NCBI GenBank assembly: GCA_963691875.1
Contig: OY829846.1
Location: 4,000,001-4,064,000, forward strand
Length of the DNA: 64,000 bases
Direction of reading: 5' to 3'
Origin: Aureliella sp.
GTDB taxonomy: Bacteria; Planctomycetota; Planctomycetia; Pirellulales; Pirellulaceae
The notes beneath the pieces are model-generated. The model was not told where the DNA came from and did no database searches. It saw nothing but the letters and a program-made list of their open reading frames with translations. Shown in pieces: positions 41,789 through 52,074 of this stretch; within the stretch, counting starts at the first letter, position 1, and every line of letters starts with the position of its first letter. A program made the translations under genes and the position numbers.

Positions 41789-44700
41789 TTACGATAGCCT
41801 TTCGATAGCCTCGCGAATCCTCTTCTCGGATACTGACTGACGCGTTCCTAAATTTTGTGCGAAAACAGACACCCTATATTCCTCGATCATCCAGCCGATT
41901 GATTCTACCGCTGAAGAATCTGGTTTTCCTTCGCTTAACTCTTTGAACTGATCATTGAGCTTCTCGATCGGTGCTCGCTGCTTGCGATCCTTCGGCAAAC
42001 CGCCACTCTTTAGCTTGTCGATCCGTTGCACGATAGCTTGTAGATAACGAGGATATTCCTTCATAGCCGACCACGGCACTCGAGCCAGAAAGTCATCTGA
42101 GAACAGAAATTGTTTCTGTCGTTCGATGTCCTCTCCCACTTCGCGCCACATATCTGGAAGTTTCTCAAGTTGTAGTCTAAGTGCTTGAACCTGCTCACTG
42201 AACTTAGGTAACCACAGAGAAATATCTTGCGTCGCTATCGAAATCTGCCGCGCCGCGTCCGCATTGCGAGAGTCGTAATCGATCTTACTACGAACGACGG
42301 GTTTGTCGTCCACCAAAGCCGCTCGAGCTAGTAGATCGTAAAGTTTTGCTCGCAGATCAGCGCCGGCGAGCAAGTGGGACAACCGCATCTTGGCTTGGTC
42401 TAGATTGGGCAGGTGCCGCACTTGATTGCGAAGCGACTTCGAGTGCTTAATCGCAAAAAGCCTTGTCATTCCTAGTTGACCCTGTCGCATGGATTCTGCT
42501 TCGTTATCGCACAAGCGGAGTTCCACTTTTTCACCCTGATCGAATAGAGTAGGGAAGGCTGATACCATCACACCGCCGCTTCGCACTCGTATCGATTCCG
42601 GATAATCTTCAAAGTTTCCCGGATCAACCTGGCGATTTTTCCAATCTTTCGCCTCTTCACTAGGTGCTTGTAATTCCGGTGTATGCAGTGCAAAAGAATC
42701 CTGAAGCTCACCTATTTCTCTGCTGCTCGCGATTTCTTTGCCAGCATCATCCACCACGCGAACCAGAAAGCGTAGATGTTGAGGAAGTTTTTGTGGATCA
42801 AAATCGGTCGCCCTGACAACTTCACCAGAGTAATCCCGCATTACTCGGCAAAGTGCAGCGGAAAAGGGTTCGTCTCTGCTCACACTCGCTACTTCGGAAG
42901 CCAAAACACGAGATACGTCCGGCGCTGGTACAAAGTTGGTTCGTAACGACTTCGGCAACGACTTGATCAGATGCAATATCTTTTCTTCCAGCATACCTGG
43001 AATGAGCCAACCTAGCGACTCTTCACTAACTTGTTTCAAAGCCACTTGAGGTACGGTTATCGTAACTCCATCCTTCTCGCTGCCCGGTTCAAAATGATAG
43101 TTGAGTGGCAATGAGGTTTTGCCGATATGCAACTCGTTGGGGTAACTGTTCTCAAGAGAACCCTCAGGCGTTTCTTCAAGCAGATCGGATGGTTCGAGCC
43201 ATAGTTTTTTCTCGGCGGTTGTCCCGCGCTTCGCTTTGACCCAACTCTCCAACGAACGAAGATCCACTATTTCAAAAGGCAAATGCTGATCGTAGAAATT
43301 GATCATGTGAAAGTGATCGACGATGTAATTTCTTGATCGCGTTCGCTTAGCTAACTCGGCAATATCTTCTAGCAATTCTTGATTGTGTAGATAAAACGCT
43401 TCATTGCATCGCCACACACCAGCGACCAAACCATGTTCTATGAGTAGTCGCCGAGCGGTTTCTGCATCCAGCGGTGCGAGCGGGGTCCTACGCCCCGCAA
43501 CTACAGGCAAACCAAACAAGGTACTGCGACGATAGACCATCGCGTTGCCTGTTTTGCTGCTCCAGTGAGGATCACTATAGGAATGCTTGAGCAGTCGTTT
43601 ACCCGCTTGTTCAATCCACTCGACGTCAACTTCTGCTACTGTGCGAGCATAGCGTTTACTGGTTTCGATTACTTCCGAAGCCACGACCCAGCGCGGTTGT
43701 CTTTGGAACAAACCAGATCCTGGCCACAAGACGACTTCAAGTCCACCTGCCGCTTTGTATTCGTGCCGATCACCCCGCTGAGCGATTCCTCGAAGCAAGC
43801 CTGACAACAGCGACTGGTGAATCGCAGCATATCCTTCCGGCCGCTTTAACTTCGGTTGTGCTGCTTTCTCGCCCTTAATGCGTTTGTTCCCTCGATCGCC
43901 TACGCGCTCTTTCATTTGTTCCAAGAATTCAGGATCTATCTTTGGTAAGTTGACCGTTAACTTGCCAACTTTCATCTTGGCATCGGAAAGAATGTCTTTG
44001 AGTTGCCGGATGATGTCTGACCATTCTCGGAAAGACTGATACGACAAAAATTTTTGTTGCAGGGCTTTTTGCAATCGTGAACGCCCGAGCTTACCACGCA
44101 AGTCTTCAAAGAAGCGGTAGAGCCTCAAATAGCTCAAGAAATCACTATGTGGATCGTTGAAAATCGCGTGAGCCTCGTCGGCTTGCGGACGCTGACCAGC
44201 TGGACGTTGCCGCACGTCTTGGCATTCTATGGCTGCGGCGATCACGACTACTTCTGCAAGACAGTTTCGTTGATCGGCCTCCAGTAGCATTCGACCGACG
44301 CGTGGATCACAAGGTAGTTTGCCCAACTGCCGACCTACTTTGGTCAGTCGATCATCTTCCTCCGTGGCACCCAACTCGTACAAGGTTCTCTTTCCATCGC
44401 GCAAAGCTTCCGGCATCGGAGCATCCAGCAGTGGTAGCTCCTCCAGTTTGCCGAGGTTCAAAGTGTGACACTGCAGAATGACGCTCGCCAAGTCACTGCG
44501 TTTGATCTCGGACGTGGTGAACTTCGGTCGCTTCTCAAAGTCGTCTTCTTCGTATAGACGTATACAAACACCTGGTCCAACACGACCACAACGACCGGAT
44601 CGCTGATTTGCGGAGGCTTGAGATACGATTTCGATTGGAAGACGGCGTACTCGACTGCGCGGGGCATAACGACTAATTCGAACAAGTCCCGTATCAATCA

Positions 44701-45799
44701 CATAGCGGATTCCGGGTACCGTCAAAGACGATTCGGCTACGTTGGTTGAAAGTACAATCCGGCGTTTGCTATGTCCCGCAAATATCTTGTTCTGTTCAGC
44801 TTGTGTTAGCCGGGCATAGAGTGGCAGAATCTCTACCGACTTCTCCTGACCTCTAGCAGCAAAGTGGCCTCGCAAATATTTCGCTGTAGCCCTGATGTCT
44901 CGTTCGGTTGGGAGAAAAGTGAGTATATCGCCGGTACCCTCTTCTTCCAATTCATCCACTGCGGCCGCGATAGCTCGCGACTGTTCGTCGTCGTCTCCAA
45001 AACTATCGCCGTCTAGCTCATGTTCGGGTGGTCGGTACCGAATTTCTACAGGATAGGTCCGGCCGGATACTTCTATAATCGGCGCCGGCCCCTGTTCATC
45101 GGCGAAGTGTTTGGCGAACTTCTCTGGATCTATCGTAGCTGAGGTGATGATCAGCTTGAGATCTGGCCGCCGCGCTAGCGTCTTACGAAGATAGCCCATC
45201 AAGAAGTCGATATTAAGCGAGCGTTCGTGCGCTTCATCTATAATCAATGCATCGTATTGATCCAAGAACCGATCGCTTTGAGTTTCCGCCAGCAGCACGC
45301 CATCGGTCATTAACTTGATCAGAGTATTTTGCTTGGTTGCGTCGGTGAAACGTATCTTGAAGCCGACCAACTCTCCAATCGTCGTCTTCAATTCTTCTGC
45401 AAGTCTTGCCGCGACCGAGCGCGCGGCTAGACGTCTTGGCTGTGTGTGGCCGATTAAGCCCGACACACCATAACCTGCATCAAGCAAAAACTTCGGAAGC
45501 TGAGTACTCTTACCAGATCCTGTTTCGCCACAGACGACGATCGTCTGTCGCTCGCGGACTAGATTAATGATCTCTTCGCGATGATCCGTGATAGGCAGAT
45601 CAGAGTCATATTCGCGGTCGGGCAATAATCCTTCGCGGAGCGCATACCGCTCAGCCGAGGCTTCGAGCTTGGCTTGCCACTTCTCTTGCTCACCATCGCG
45701 GCCCCGACCTGCCTGCAGGCGTTGCCACTGTTTCAGCAATCGGTGTCGATCCGATTGCATGATGCGCTGGAAGGACTCTGGAAGGGGTTGGCTCGACAC
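41789..45799 (-). CDS. hrpA: ATP-dependent RNA helicase HrpA
   Basis: GETGSGKST, DEAH, SAT, QRSGRCGR, C-terminal WMIEEYRVSVFAQ. Confidence 0.96.
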   Translation of the reverse strand: MSSQPLPESFQRIMQSDRHRLLKQWQRLQAGRGRDGEQEKWQAKLEASAERYALREGLLPDREYDSDLPITDHREEIINLVRERQTIVVCGETGSGKSTQLPKFLLDAGYGVSGLIGHTQPRRLAARSVAARLAEELKTTIGELVGFKIRFTDATKQNTLIKLMTDGVLLAETQSDRFLDQYDALIIDEAHERSLNIDFLMGYLRKTLARRPDLKLIITSATIDPEKFAKHFADEQGPAPIIEVSGRTYPVEIRYRPPEHELDGDSFGDDDEQSRAIAAAVDELEEEGTGDILTFLPTERDIRATAKYLRGHFAARGQEKSVEILPLYARLTQAEQNKIFAGHSKRRIVLSTNVAESSLTVPGIRYVIDTGLVRISRYAPRSRVRRLPIEIVSQASANQRSGRCGRVGPGVCIRLYEEDDFEKRPKFTTSEIKRSDLASVILQCHTLNLGKLEELPLLDAPMPEALRDGKRTLYELGATEEDDRLTKVGRQLGKLPCDPRVGRMLLEADQRNCLAEVVVIAAAIECQDVRQRPAGQRPQADEAHAIFNDPHSDFLSYLRLYRFFEDLRGKLGRSRLQKALQQKFLSYQSFREWSDIIRQLKDILSDAKMKVGKLTVNLPKIDPEFLEQMKERVGDRGNKRIKGEKAAQPKLKRPEGYAAIHQSLLSGLLRGIAQRGDRHEYKAAGGLEVVLWPGSGLFQRQPRWVVASEVIETSKRYARTVAEVDVEWIEQAGKRLLKHSYSDPHWSSKTGNAMVYRRSTLFGLPVVAGRRTPLAPLDAETARRLLIEHGLVAGVWRCNEAFYLHNQELLEDIAELAKRTRSRNYIVDHFHMINFYDQHLPFEIVDLRSLESWVKAKRGTTAEKKLWLEPSDLLEETPEGSLENSYPNELHIGKTSLPLNYHFEPGSEKDGVTITVPQVALKQVSEESLGWLIPGMLEEKILHLIKSLPKSLRTNFVPAPDVSRVLASEVASVSRDEPFSAALCRVMRDYSGEVVRATDFDPQKLPQHLRFLVRVVDDAGKEIASSREIGELQDSFALHTPELQAPSEEAKDWKNRQVDPGNFEDYPESIRVRSGGVMVSAFPTLFDQGEKVELRLCDNEAESMRQGQLGMTRLFAIKHSKSLRNQVRHLPNLDQAKMRLSHLLAGADLRAKLYDLLARAALVDDKPVVRSKIDYDSRNADAARQISIATQDISLWLPKFSEQVQALRLQLEKLPDMWREVGEDIERQKQFLFSDDFLARVPWSAMKEYPRYLQAIVQRIDKLKSGGLPKDRKQRAPIEKLNDQFKELSEGKPDSSAVESIGWMIEEYRVSVFAQNLGTRQSVSEKRIREAIERLS

Positions 45800-45846
45800 T
45801 GGATGAGAAGATGATGCGTGGAGTGTGTAAGTCTCTTAACTCCCAA

Positions 45847-45872
45847 GTAGCGGAAGTCGTCGAGACTTTCGG
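45847..45872 (+). repeat. GTAG-footed REP-like palindrome
   Basis: GTAGCGGAAGTCGTCGAGACTTTCGG, close match to the units at 1574 and 1613. Confidence 0.75.
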
Positions 45873-45918
45873 CATGCTATGGTCCATTAGGCTTCGACGT
45901 GATGGAGACTTTCGAAAA

Positions 45919-47247
45919 CTACGTTTCTGACTGCTCGCTGCTGCCTGGAGCCGATACGAGTTCTGGTGCTTGGAGAACAGGTAAGCTCAATTTGTTCGCC
46001 TCGATCTCGCTGCCTTCTGCATCAGGATCCAACCAATTTTCAGCTTTGAAGTGCTTCGTGTAAGCCCCAAAATCATTGAAAGCTAGCCACTTGGCGAGTC
46101 GAACTGCCCAACTTCGTTCAGGTATCTCTCCGCCTGGCACATACTGAGATCGCCGTGGTACCGTCGCGGCTAATTCTGCCATCGCGGTTTGACGATGCGT
46201 GGTATCTCGAGCTCCGTGTTTATCTGCTAACTTCATTAACATGTCTGGCCGCTCCAAAACTACGCAACCTCGAGTGTGTTCCGCTGCGAGCTCTCGGAAG
46301 TCTCGCAAAAACTCACTTTCATTGAAGGTATCCTTCAGCGGCTTGTCGTCGTGGATGCTTTCTGTCGCCAACTGAATGATCGGGCAGGGCTCGATATCTC
46401 CGGCCGGTCCGACGTGGTGCGTGAATCCGGTTGCTGCGGGGCAGAGCGCTCGACCTTCACCATCATGATAAGCATCGATGACTACGATTGGCTTCGTCGC
46501 TCGCGTATCTACGACGAACTGCCTGACGTGTCGCAATTGATCTGGTTCTAACGAAAGTTCTGGCATCGGCTCTGGTCCCATCGGTCGATAGACGTGGAAC
46601 CAGCAGTACATGACTCCCATCCCGATCAATCGATCTACCCACTGATTGGTAAGTAGGTCATCGATGTTTGTCTTACAAATACTCGTACATACACCGGTAA
46701 GGACCTTATTGTCGAGGCAGTTATGAATTCCCTGCATGGTTCGATTCAGGACTTCACCTTTTCCCCGTCGCTCGTCGCTGACGATCTCCGTTCCCTCTAC
46801 GGAGATAAGAGGCGTCACATTGCCCATCGTCCGCAAACGTTTGGCTACTTCTTCGGTAATAAAGTGCCCATTGGTGAAGACTTGGAAGTAAGCGTCTGGT
46901 TGTCCCTCTAGAAAATCGAGCAACTCTTTGTGTAAGAAAGGTTCACCGCCCAAGATCCCGAAGAAGGCGTTACCCATCGCTTTGGCTTCGTTGACAGTGC
47001 GATTCAAAGCATCGATGTCGATCTTAGTCTGCTTCGCGGTGACGTCGACCCAGCAACCTTGACAACGAAGGTTACAGCTGTTGATGATACTCAGATATAA
47101 AAAGGGTGGGAAAAATTCTCCTCGTTTCAGACGCTTTCGATGTCTTTGAACGCTGCGAAAACCCTTCCATCCTGCCTTGTAGAACAAGTTCCACAACAAA
47201 CGCTTGTCCGTTTCCATGAGAAGCCGTTTGGCCATTCGAAGATACAT
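45919..47247 (-). CDS. Radical SAM protein
   Basis: CNLRCQGC, GGEP, FTNG, C-terminal CPA..GDIEPCP (SPASM/twitch-like). Confidence 0.9.
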   Translation of the reverse strand: MYLRMAKRLLMETDKRLLWNLFYKAGWKGFRSVQRHRKRLKRGEFFPPFLYLSIINSCNLRCQGCWVDVTAKQTKIDIDALNRTVNEAKAMGNAFFGILGGEPFLHKELLDFLEGQPDAYFQVFTNGHFITEEVAKRLRTMGNVTPLISVEGTEIVSDERRGKGEVLNRTMQGIHNCLDNKVLTGVCTSICKTNIDDLLTNQWVDRLIGMGVMYCWFHVYRPMGPEPMPELSLEPDQLRHVRQFVVDTRATKPIVVIDAYHDGEGRALCPAATGFTHHVGPAGDIEPCPIIQLATESIHDDKPLKDTFNESEFLRDFRELAAEHTRGCVVLERPDMLMKLADKHGARDTTHRQTAMAELAATVPRRSQYVPGGEIPERSWAVRLAKWLAFNDFGAYTKHFKAENWLDPDAEGSEIEANKLSLPVLQAPELVSAPGSSEQSET

Positions 47248-47579
47248 CGTATGCCTCTAAGCGGAGCTATGCTCGGTTGGATATGACTGCAGACCACACC
47301 GCGACACTGCATAGTTAGCGCGGCTCATTAAAAACACCAATTGGCGATTATCTTTCGACTTTATCGCTTAAACCAGCCCATTTTAGAATTCCGGCAAGAA
47401 TCTGTTTCACCACGATTCTGCCGGCCTATGTTCGCTAAACCCTATACTAATTCGATGAGTAGAATCCCTATCATCTTTCGCCTTACGATGAAGGTATTGG
47501 TGTAGAATGATGGCATCGTAACTTTCGATTTCGGTAAGCTTTGATATTGATCTATTGACCGTTTTCTTCTGAGTTTCTA

Positions 47580-48200
47580 GTGAATCGCACCCTTCATCAA
47601 AAATTGCTCGACCAGGCCCTGGGTGGTGATTCTGATGCTCTGGGAGAATTATTGGAGAATTATCGTGCGTATTTGACCGTCTTGGCGCAGCGCTACCTGG
47701 ACGGTCGCTTGCGAGGGCGACTAGATGCTGCTGATGTGGTCCAAGTTACTTTCTTGGAGGCTCAGCGAGATTTACCCGCGTTTCGCGGCTCCCAAATCGA
47801 GGAGTTGCTGGGCTGGCTGCGGCACATTCTGAGAAACAATGTCTCTTCGGCTCACCAGAAGCATATCTACACCCAAAAGCGATCTGCTGGTCGCGAAGTT
47901 TCCAACAGCCCGACCGATAGTCGCCCTGCTATCACGGACTTAGCTCCTTCCGAGACTACATCACCAAGTCAGCGGATGATGCGGGATGAAGCGGCTGTGT
48001 ACTTAGCAAACTGCTTGGAGGATTTGCCTGACACGCAGCGAGAAGCTCTCAGGCTTCGCTATGTCGAAGGAAGTTCGCTAAAACAAATTGCTGAATCGAT
48101 GGAGAAGACCGAGATGGCCGTGGCCGGATTACTCAAACGCGGACTAAAAGCCCTCCGCAACAAGATGATAACCGATAGCTCCAGCGGTATCCGCTCGTAA
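47580..48200 (+). CDS. ECF sigma-70 factor, paralogue of 18884-19474
   Basis: DAADVVQVTFLEA..FRG..WLRHIL, TSPS, SLKQIAESMEKTEMAVAGLLKRG. Confidence 0.92.
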   Translation: MNRTLHQKLLDQALGGDSDALGELLENYRAYLTVLAQRYLDGRLRGRLDAADVVQVTFLEAQRDLPAFRGSQIEELLGWLRHILRNNVSSAHQKHIYTQKRSAGREVSNSPTDSRPAITDLAPSETTSPSQRMMRDEAAVYLANCLEDLPDTQREALRLRYVEGSSLKQIAESMEKTEMAVAGLLKRGLKALRNKMITDSSSGIRS

Positions 48201-48419
48201 ACGTTGTGGTATCTTAAGTCGTCAAGGCTTGTGAGCGGCTTTGACGCTAGCCGCCGTTTCTTCAGTTCGTCCCTCTTTTACACGGTATGGCAGCGATATC
48301 GTATCTGCTTGCTCGCGTATTGCCCGACGCCTTACGGCGATGCTGCTAACTAGTCGCGCCGAAGCAAGCCGGCACCATCACGATTGGGACTCTCTCGCTT
48401 CCGCGTCGCGCTTGTAGTA

Positions 48420-49382
48420 TCACTGCTCTAGCACGTAGGCAAAGATCAGGGGAGCGACGATCGTGGCGTCGCTCTGGATCATAAACTTCGGACTATCCTT
48501 GCTGAGTTTCGTCCAAGTGATCTTTTCGTTAGGTACTGCTCCTGAATAGCCACCATAGCTCGTTACTGCATCTGATATCTGTGCGAAGTAGTACCAGAGT
48601 GGGATATCCATCTCTAGATCTTGGATTAGCATCGGCACTGCACAAATCGCAAAGTCGCCAGCGATGCCGCCGCCTATCTGAAAGAACCCTATTGGTGACT
48701 CTTTGGACTGTTCTATGTACCACTTGGAAAACATCTCGAGCTGCTCCGTTCCACTCCGCATCGCCTGGTGGTTTGCCACTGTGCCATCCATCACGCGGGC
48801 GGTGAAGATATTTCCTAGCGTGCTGTCTTCGATGCCTGGCGAGACGATCGGGATCCCTTTTTCTCTCGCTGCGTTCAACCAGCTGTTTTCTATCGGCGAT
48901 TGATAGTGTTTTCGCAGCGTTTCGTCTTCCAGCACTCGAAAGAAGTATTCATAGGCGTAATATGATTCGCTTGCTTCTGCAGCGGCTGACCAATACTGAG
49001 TCAAATGAGATTCGATGTGACGCATCACCGTTTCTGGTATGCAAGTATCCGTGACGCGATTAAATCCGTCAGCTTGGAGCGCTACTTCGTCTGTGGCACT
49101 GAGGGCTCGCCAGTCTTCGATAACTCTATATTCGTTGTGAGCAAACAAATTGAAGATGTCTTCTTCTAGGTTTGCCGCCGTGCAACTAATTGCATGCACC
49201 TTGTCTTGCCGAATCATCTCGGCTAGTGATATACCTAGCTCTGCGGTGCTCATCGCTCCCGCTAGTGACACCAGCATCTTGCCGCCTGATTGACTAAACT
49301 CTCGGTAGGACTTCGCTGCCGCCAATGTTTCTCGTGCATTAAAGTGCCGATAGTGTCTTTCCATAAAGGCACTAATGGTCAT
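48420..49382 (-). CDS. Deoxyhypusine synthase family protein
   Basis: LAGAMSTAELG, IGGGIAGDF, YGGYSGAVPNEKITW, SDATIVAPL. Confidence 0.93.
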   Translation of the reverse strand: MTISAFMERHYRHFNARETLAAAKSYREFSQSGGKMLVSLAGAMSTAELGISLAEMIRQDKVHAISCTAANLEEDIFNLFAHNEYRVIEDWRALSATDEVALQADGFNRVTDTCIPETVMRHIESHLTQYWSAAAEASESYYAYEYFFRVLEDETLRKHYQSPIENSWLNAAREKGIPIVSPGIEDSTLGNIFTARVMDGTVANHQAMRSGTEQLEMFSKWYIEQSKESPIGFFQIGGGIAGDFAICAVPMLIQDLEMDIPLWYYFAQISDAVTSYGGYSGAVPNEKITWTKLSKDSPKFMIQSDATIVAPLIFAYVLEQ

Positions 49383-49493
49383 CTATGGATACTCCTTGAG
49401 AGGCTATGACGTGCGCCTGCTTTGGCGAGAAACACCATTCTTAGGTCGTGGACTAGGTTAAGAGCCCGGGGGTTTTCGCTCCCCAGTTAAAAA

Positions 49494-49697
49494 TTACTGT
49501 CGGCTCCCTTCGCAGCAAGTCTCACAGATGCGATGACAACGAGTGCTTTGAAATTTGGCCCTTATTTCCATCTGTGATCCGCCGCATACTGGACAAGCCA
49601 TTCGCCCTGGATTCCCTCCTGTACCGCACTGGGTTACTGGCGAGTTTTCTTGACCCTCTTTCCTTGCTGCTTCGTTCCGCTGATTTGTTGGTGTCAT
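49494..49697 (-). CDS. Small Cys-rich, zinc-ribbon-like protein
   Basis: AGGA before ATG 49697; CPVC..STRC..CETCC. Confidence 0.55.
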   Translation of the reverse strand: MTPTNQRNEAARKEGQENSPVTQCGTGGNPGRMACPVCGGSQMEIRAKFQSTRCHRICETCCEGSRQ

Positions 49698-50483
49698 CTT
49701 ATCTTCCTGATAGTGCAACTATTCTATTTTCCCTCGGACTGGTTACTAAGTGATGATTTCCCGCGTTCCTTGTCAACTACCGTTCCGCCTAGTTACCGAG
49801 AGGGTCTTGCTGTTCCTTCTTCATACGGGCTTCCTTCTGAGACGAAAGCATCGCTCGTATCGCTCTCCTCCTGTTCCTCCACCAACTTCCACTCTCCGCG
49901 ATAAACACCTACCTAAACCCTTTCGTCGTGCCCGGTATTTCCATTGTGCCGCCAGTATCTCCAATCTGCGTTATCTAGTCTTGAGCGGTATCTTCGCTTG
50001 AAGATGTCTGTGTTAATTGCAGTTTCATCAAATTCGAACCCTTTTCGGTACCAAACTTGAGTTTAGCTACTCCAGTCGGAATAGGTTTCGATAAGTTCTT
50101 CTACGGGATTGCTACCACTTCGACCAAGAGCCAATGGCTAGCCTATGTCGTCGCTATCTTCGCCGTACTGTGCGCCATCGGTCAACCTCGCTCGCTACTA
50201 CCTGTCTCCGTGATTTACCACGGACGCGAGATGCCCGGAAGAGAAGAAGCTACAGTTAGCTAACTATGCTGCTCGCACGAACCATTCCTTTTTCCAAAGG
50301 TCCGTGTCGTACAACAAGCTGTATACGTCGCTCCTCCGGTCCTACTAGAAATTGAAGCTAAAACACTGAAGTTAGACTTCGCTTTTTATGCACCCGAGAA
50401 CATCAATCAAGGTCTTTGGATTGATTTCTATTCTAGATCTTGCGGATGCCAATATCTACTTGATGGATCTACGAATCTATTCG

Positions 50484-51599
50484 TTAAGCATCCAGAGCCA
50501 TTGGCATAACTACGTAAGCGTAGCCGTCTTCGGTGCTCATCAATGCTGGTTGCGTCGACGACGCTACGTCCATCTTGAACTGAGCGTCTGAGTCTAGAAC
50601 TTTCAAGAAGTCACCGATGTAGCGATAGTCTAGCTTCATCTTTATCGGCTCGCCATCGTATTCTATCGGCATCTCTACACGACTCTGCCCCAAGTCGGCC
50701 GTGCTAGCCGTTAGCAATAGAGTGCCTCCTGAGAATTGAAAGTCCAATCCTCGCGTCTCTTGATCCGCTACGATCGATGCTTGTCGAATCACATTGTAGA
50801 ATGGACCGACCACCATATCGATTATGACCGAGTCTTCGCGACTAGGAATAACTTGCCGCCAGTTCGGGTAACGACCTTCGACCAGTCGTGAATAGATTGT
50901 GCAGCGACTTGTTCTCAGAAGTACGTCATTTTCGCGGCAAGCTATGTGGACGGTTTCTTCTTTGTCGCCAATCGATCGTTCCATCAAAGTCAACGACTTG
51001 GTTGGGATGATTGTTGTGCTTCCAGTTGTTTCATGGCTACCAACGTTCGTTCCACTACCAGTCATGCGAGCCAGGCGTCGGCCATCGGTGCCAACCGCCA
51101 AAACATCTTCACCATGCAACTCTAGCAGTACACCGCCTAGTGCAAATCGTGAGCTGTCTGGATCAGTCGCAAAGGATGTCCGCTTGACCATCTCCTTGAA
51201 CAGTCGAGCTGGAATCTCATGATACTTCTCTTCTTCGAAGCCCACTATGCTCGGGAACTCGTCCGGATTCACACTTGGCAGATTGAATTCGCTGTGCTGT
51301 CCTTTGACGACCGTTGTCGTACCATCGGATTCAAACTCTAGCTTCTCATCGCTACTTTCGCGAAGGATCATTCCGACACGGCCTACGTGCAACAGTGCTC
51401 GGCCTGCTGTTTGTACTTCGACTCCTTCTACTTCTATACGGATTCCCGTTTCCATATCGGTTGCCATCAAAGTCACTTTGTCTTCGCTCGCGTCGACTTT
51501 GACGTATTGCAGCACCTCTTTTGGGCTCCGCATTTGAGCCACGCTAGCGGCTAGCTGGAAAGCACCCGATAACTGTTCAAGATTGCAAGAGATTTTCAT
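50484..51599 (-). CDS. dnaN: DNA polymerase III beta sliding clamp
   Basis: ATDMET, VGTDGRRLA, SRLVEGRYPNW, YVVMPM; about 371 aa from ATG 51599. Confidence 0.97.
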   Translation of the reverse strand: MKISCNLEQLSGAFQLAASVAQMRSPKEVLQYVKVDASEDKVTLMATDMETGIRIEVEGVEVQTAGRALLHVGRVGMILRESSDEKLEFESDGTTTVVKGQHSEFNLPSVNPDEFPSIVGFEEEKYHEIPARLFKEMVKRTSFATDPDSSRFALGGVLLELHGEDVLAVGTDGRRLARMTGSGTNVGSHETTGSTTIIPTKSLTLMERSIGDKEETVHIACRENDVLLRTSRCTIYSRLVEGRYPNWRQVIPSREDSVIIDMVVGPFYNVIRQASIVADQETRGLDFQFSGGTLLLTASTADLGQSRVEMPIEYDGEPIKMKLDYRYIGDFLKVLDSDAQFKMDVASSTQPALMSTEDGYAYVVMPMALDA

Positions 51600-51800
51600 G
51601 ACGCTAAACCTTCCGCCGACGCTGTCAGCCGTATCGGCCTTATGCGAAGCTGCTTTCTCCACTGAAGAGGAACCCTTCTCCAGCAAACACTGGATATGCC
51701 TAGGGGCAGTGTGCCCGAGGTCTAAACCAAGTGTTTTACCGGTTGGTTAGCATCTACAGAAGATGGTCAACGCAAAATAAGTTCTTTACGTCCAGATTCC

Positions 51801-51855
51801 TATATTTAAATATGTAGTAGTAGTAGTAGTGCGAAGTGAGATCAACTTTTCCACA
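51801..51855. promoter_or_regulatory. oriC: Probable oriC unwinding element: AT-rich tract + DnaA-trios + DnaA box
   Basis: TATATTTAAATAT (51801-51813), (TAG)5 (51815-51829), GCGA spacer, TTTTCCACA (51847-51855), inside the dnaA-dnaN intergenic region. Confidence 0.8.
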
Positions 51856-52074
51856 TGCCGTCAAAGTCCAATCGAGGCGGACAAATCAAAGGACCGAAGA
51901 ACGATATAGACCGACTACTGACAGTGGGAAAAATGTCGCACAATCGTTCGGTAAGTGTCAGCGAGCGACGATAAGTAGGTGGGATTTAGACTGAGAGTAG
52001 AGTGCAAAGAAGACCGTGGCGGAAAGCTAGCGGAAACTCTACGCGGCTTTACAGACGATCAACAAGTTTTCACC

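Noticed and set aside
51600..51686. Upstream extension of dnaN in the ORF track
   Set aside because: Beta clamps start at the MK-type Met (51599); the extension lies in the origin-proximal spacer
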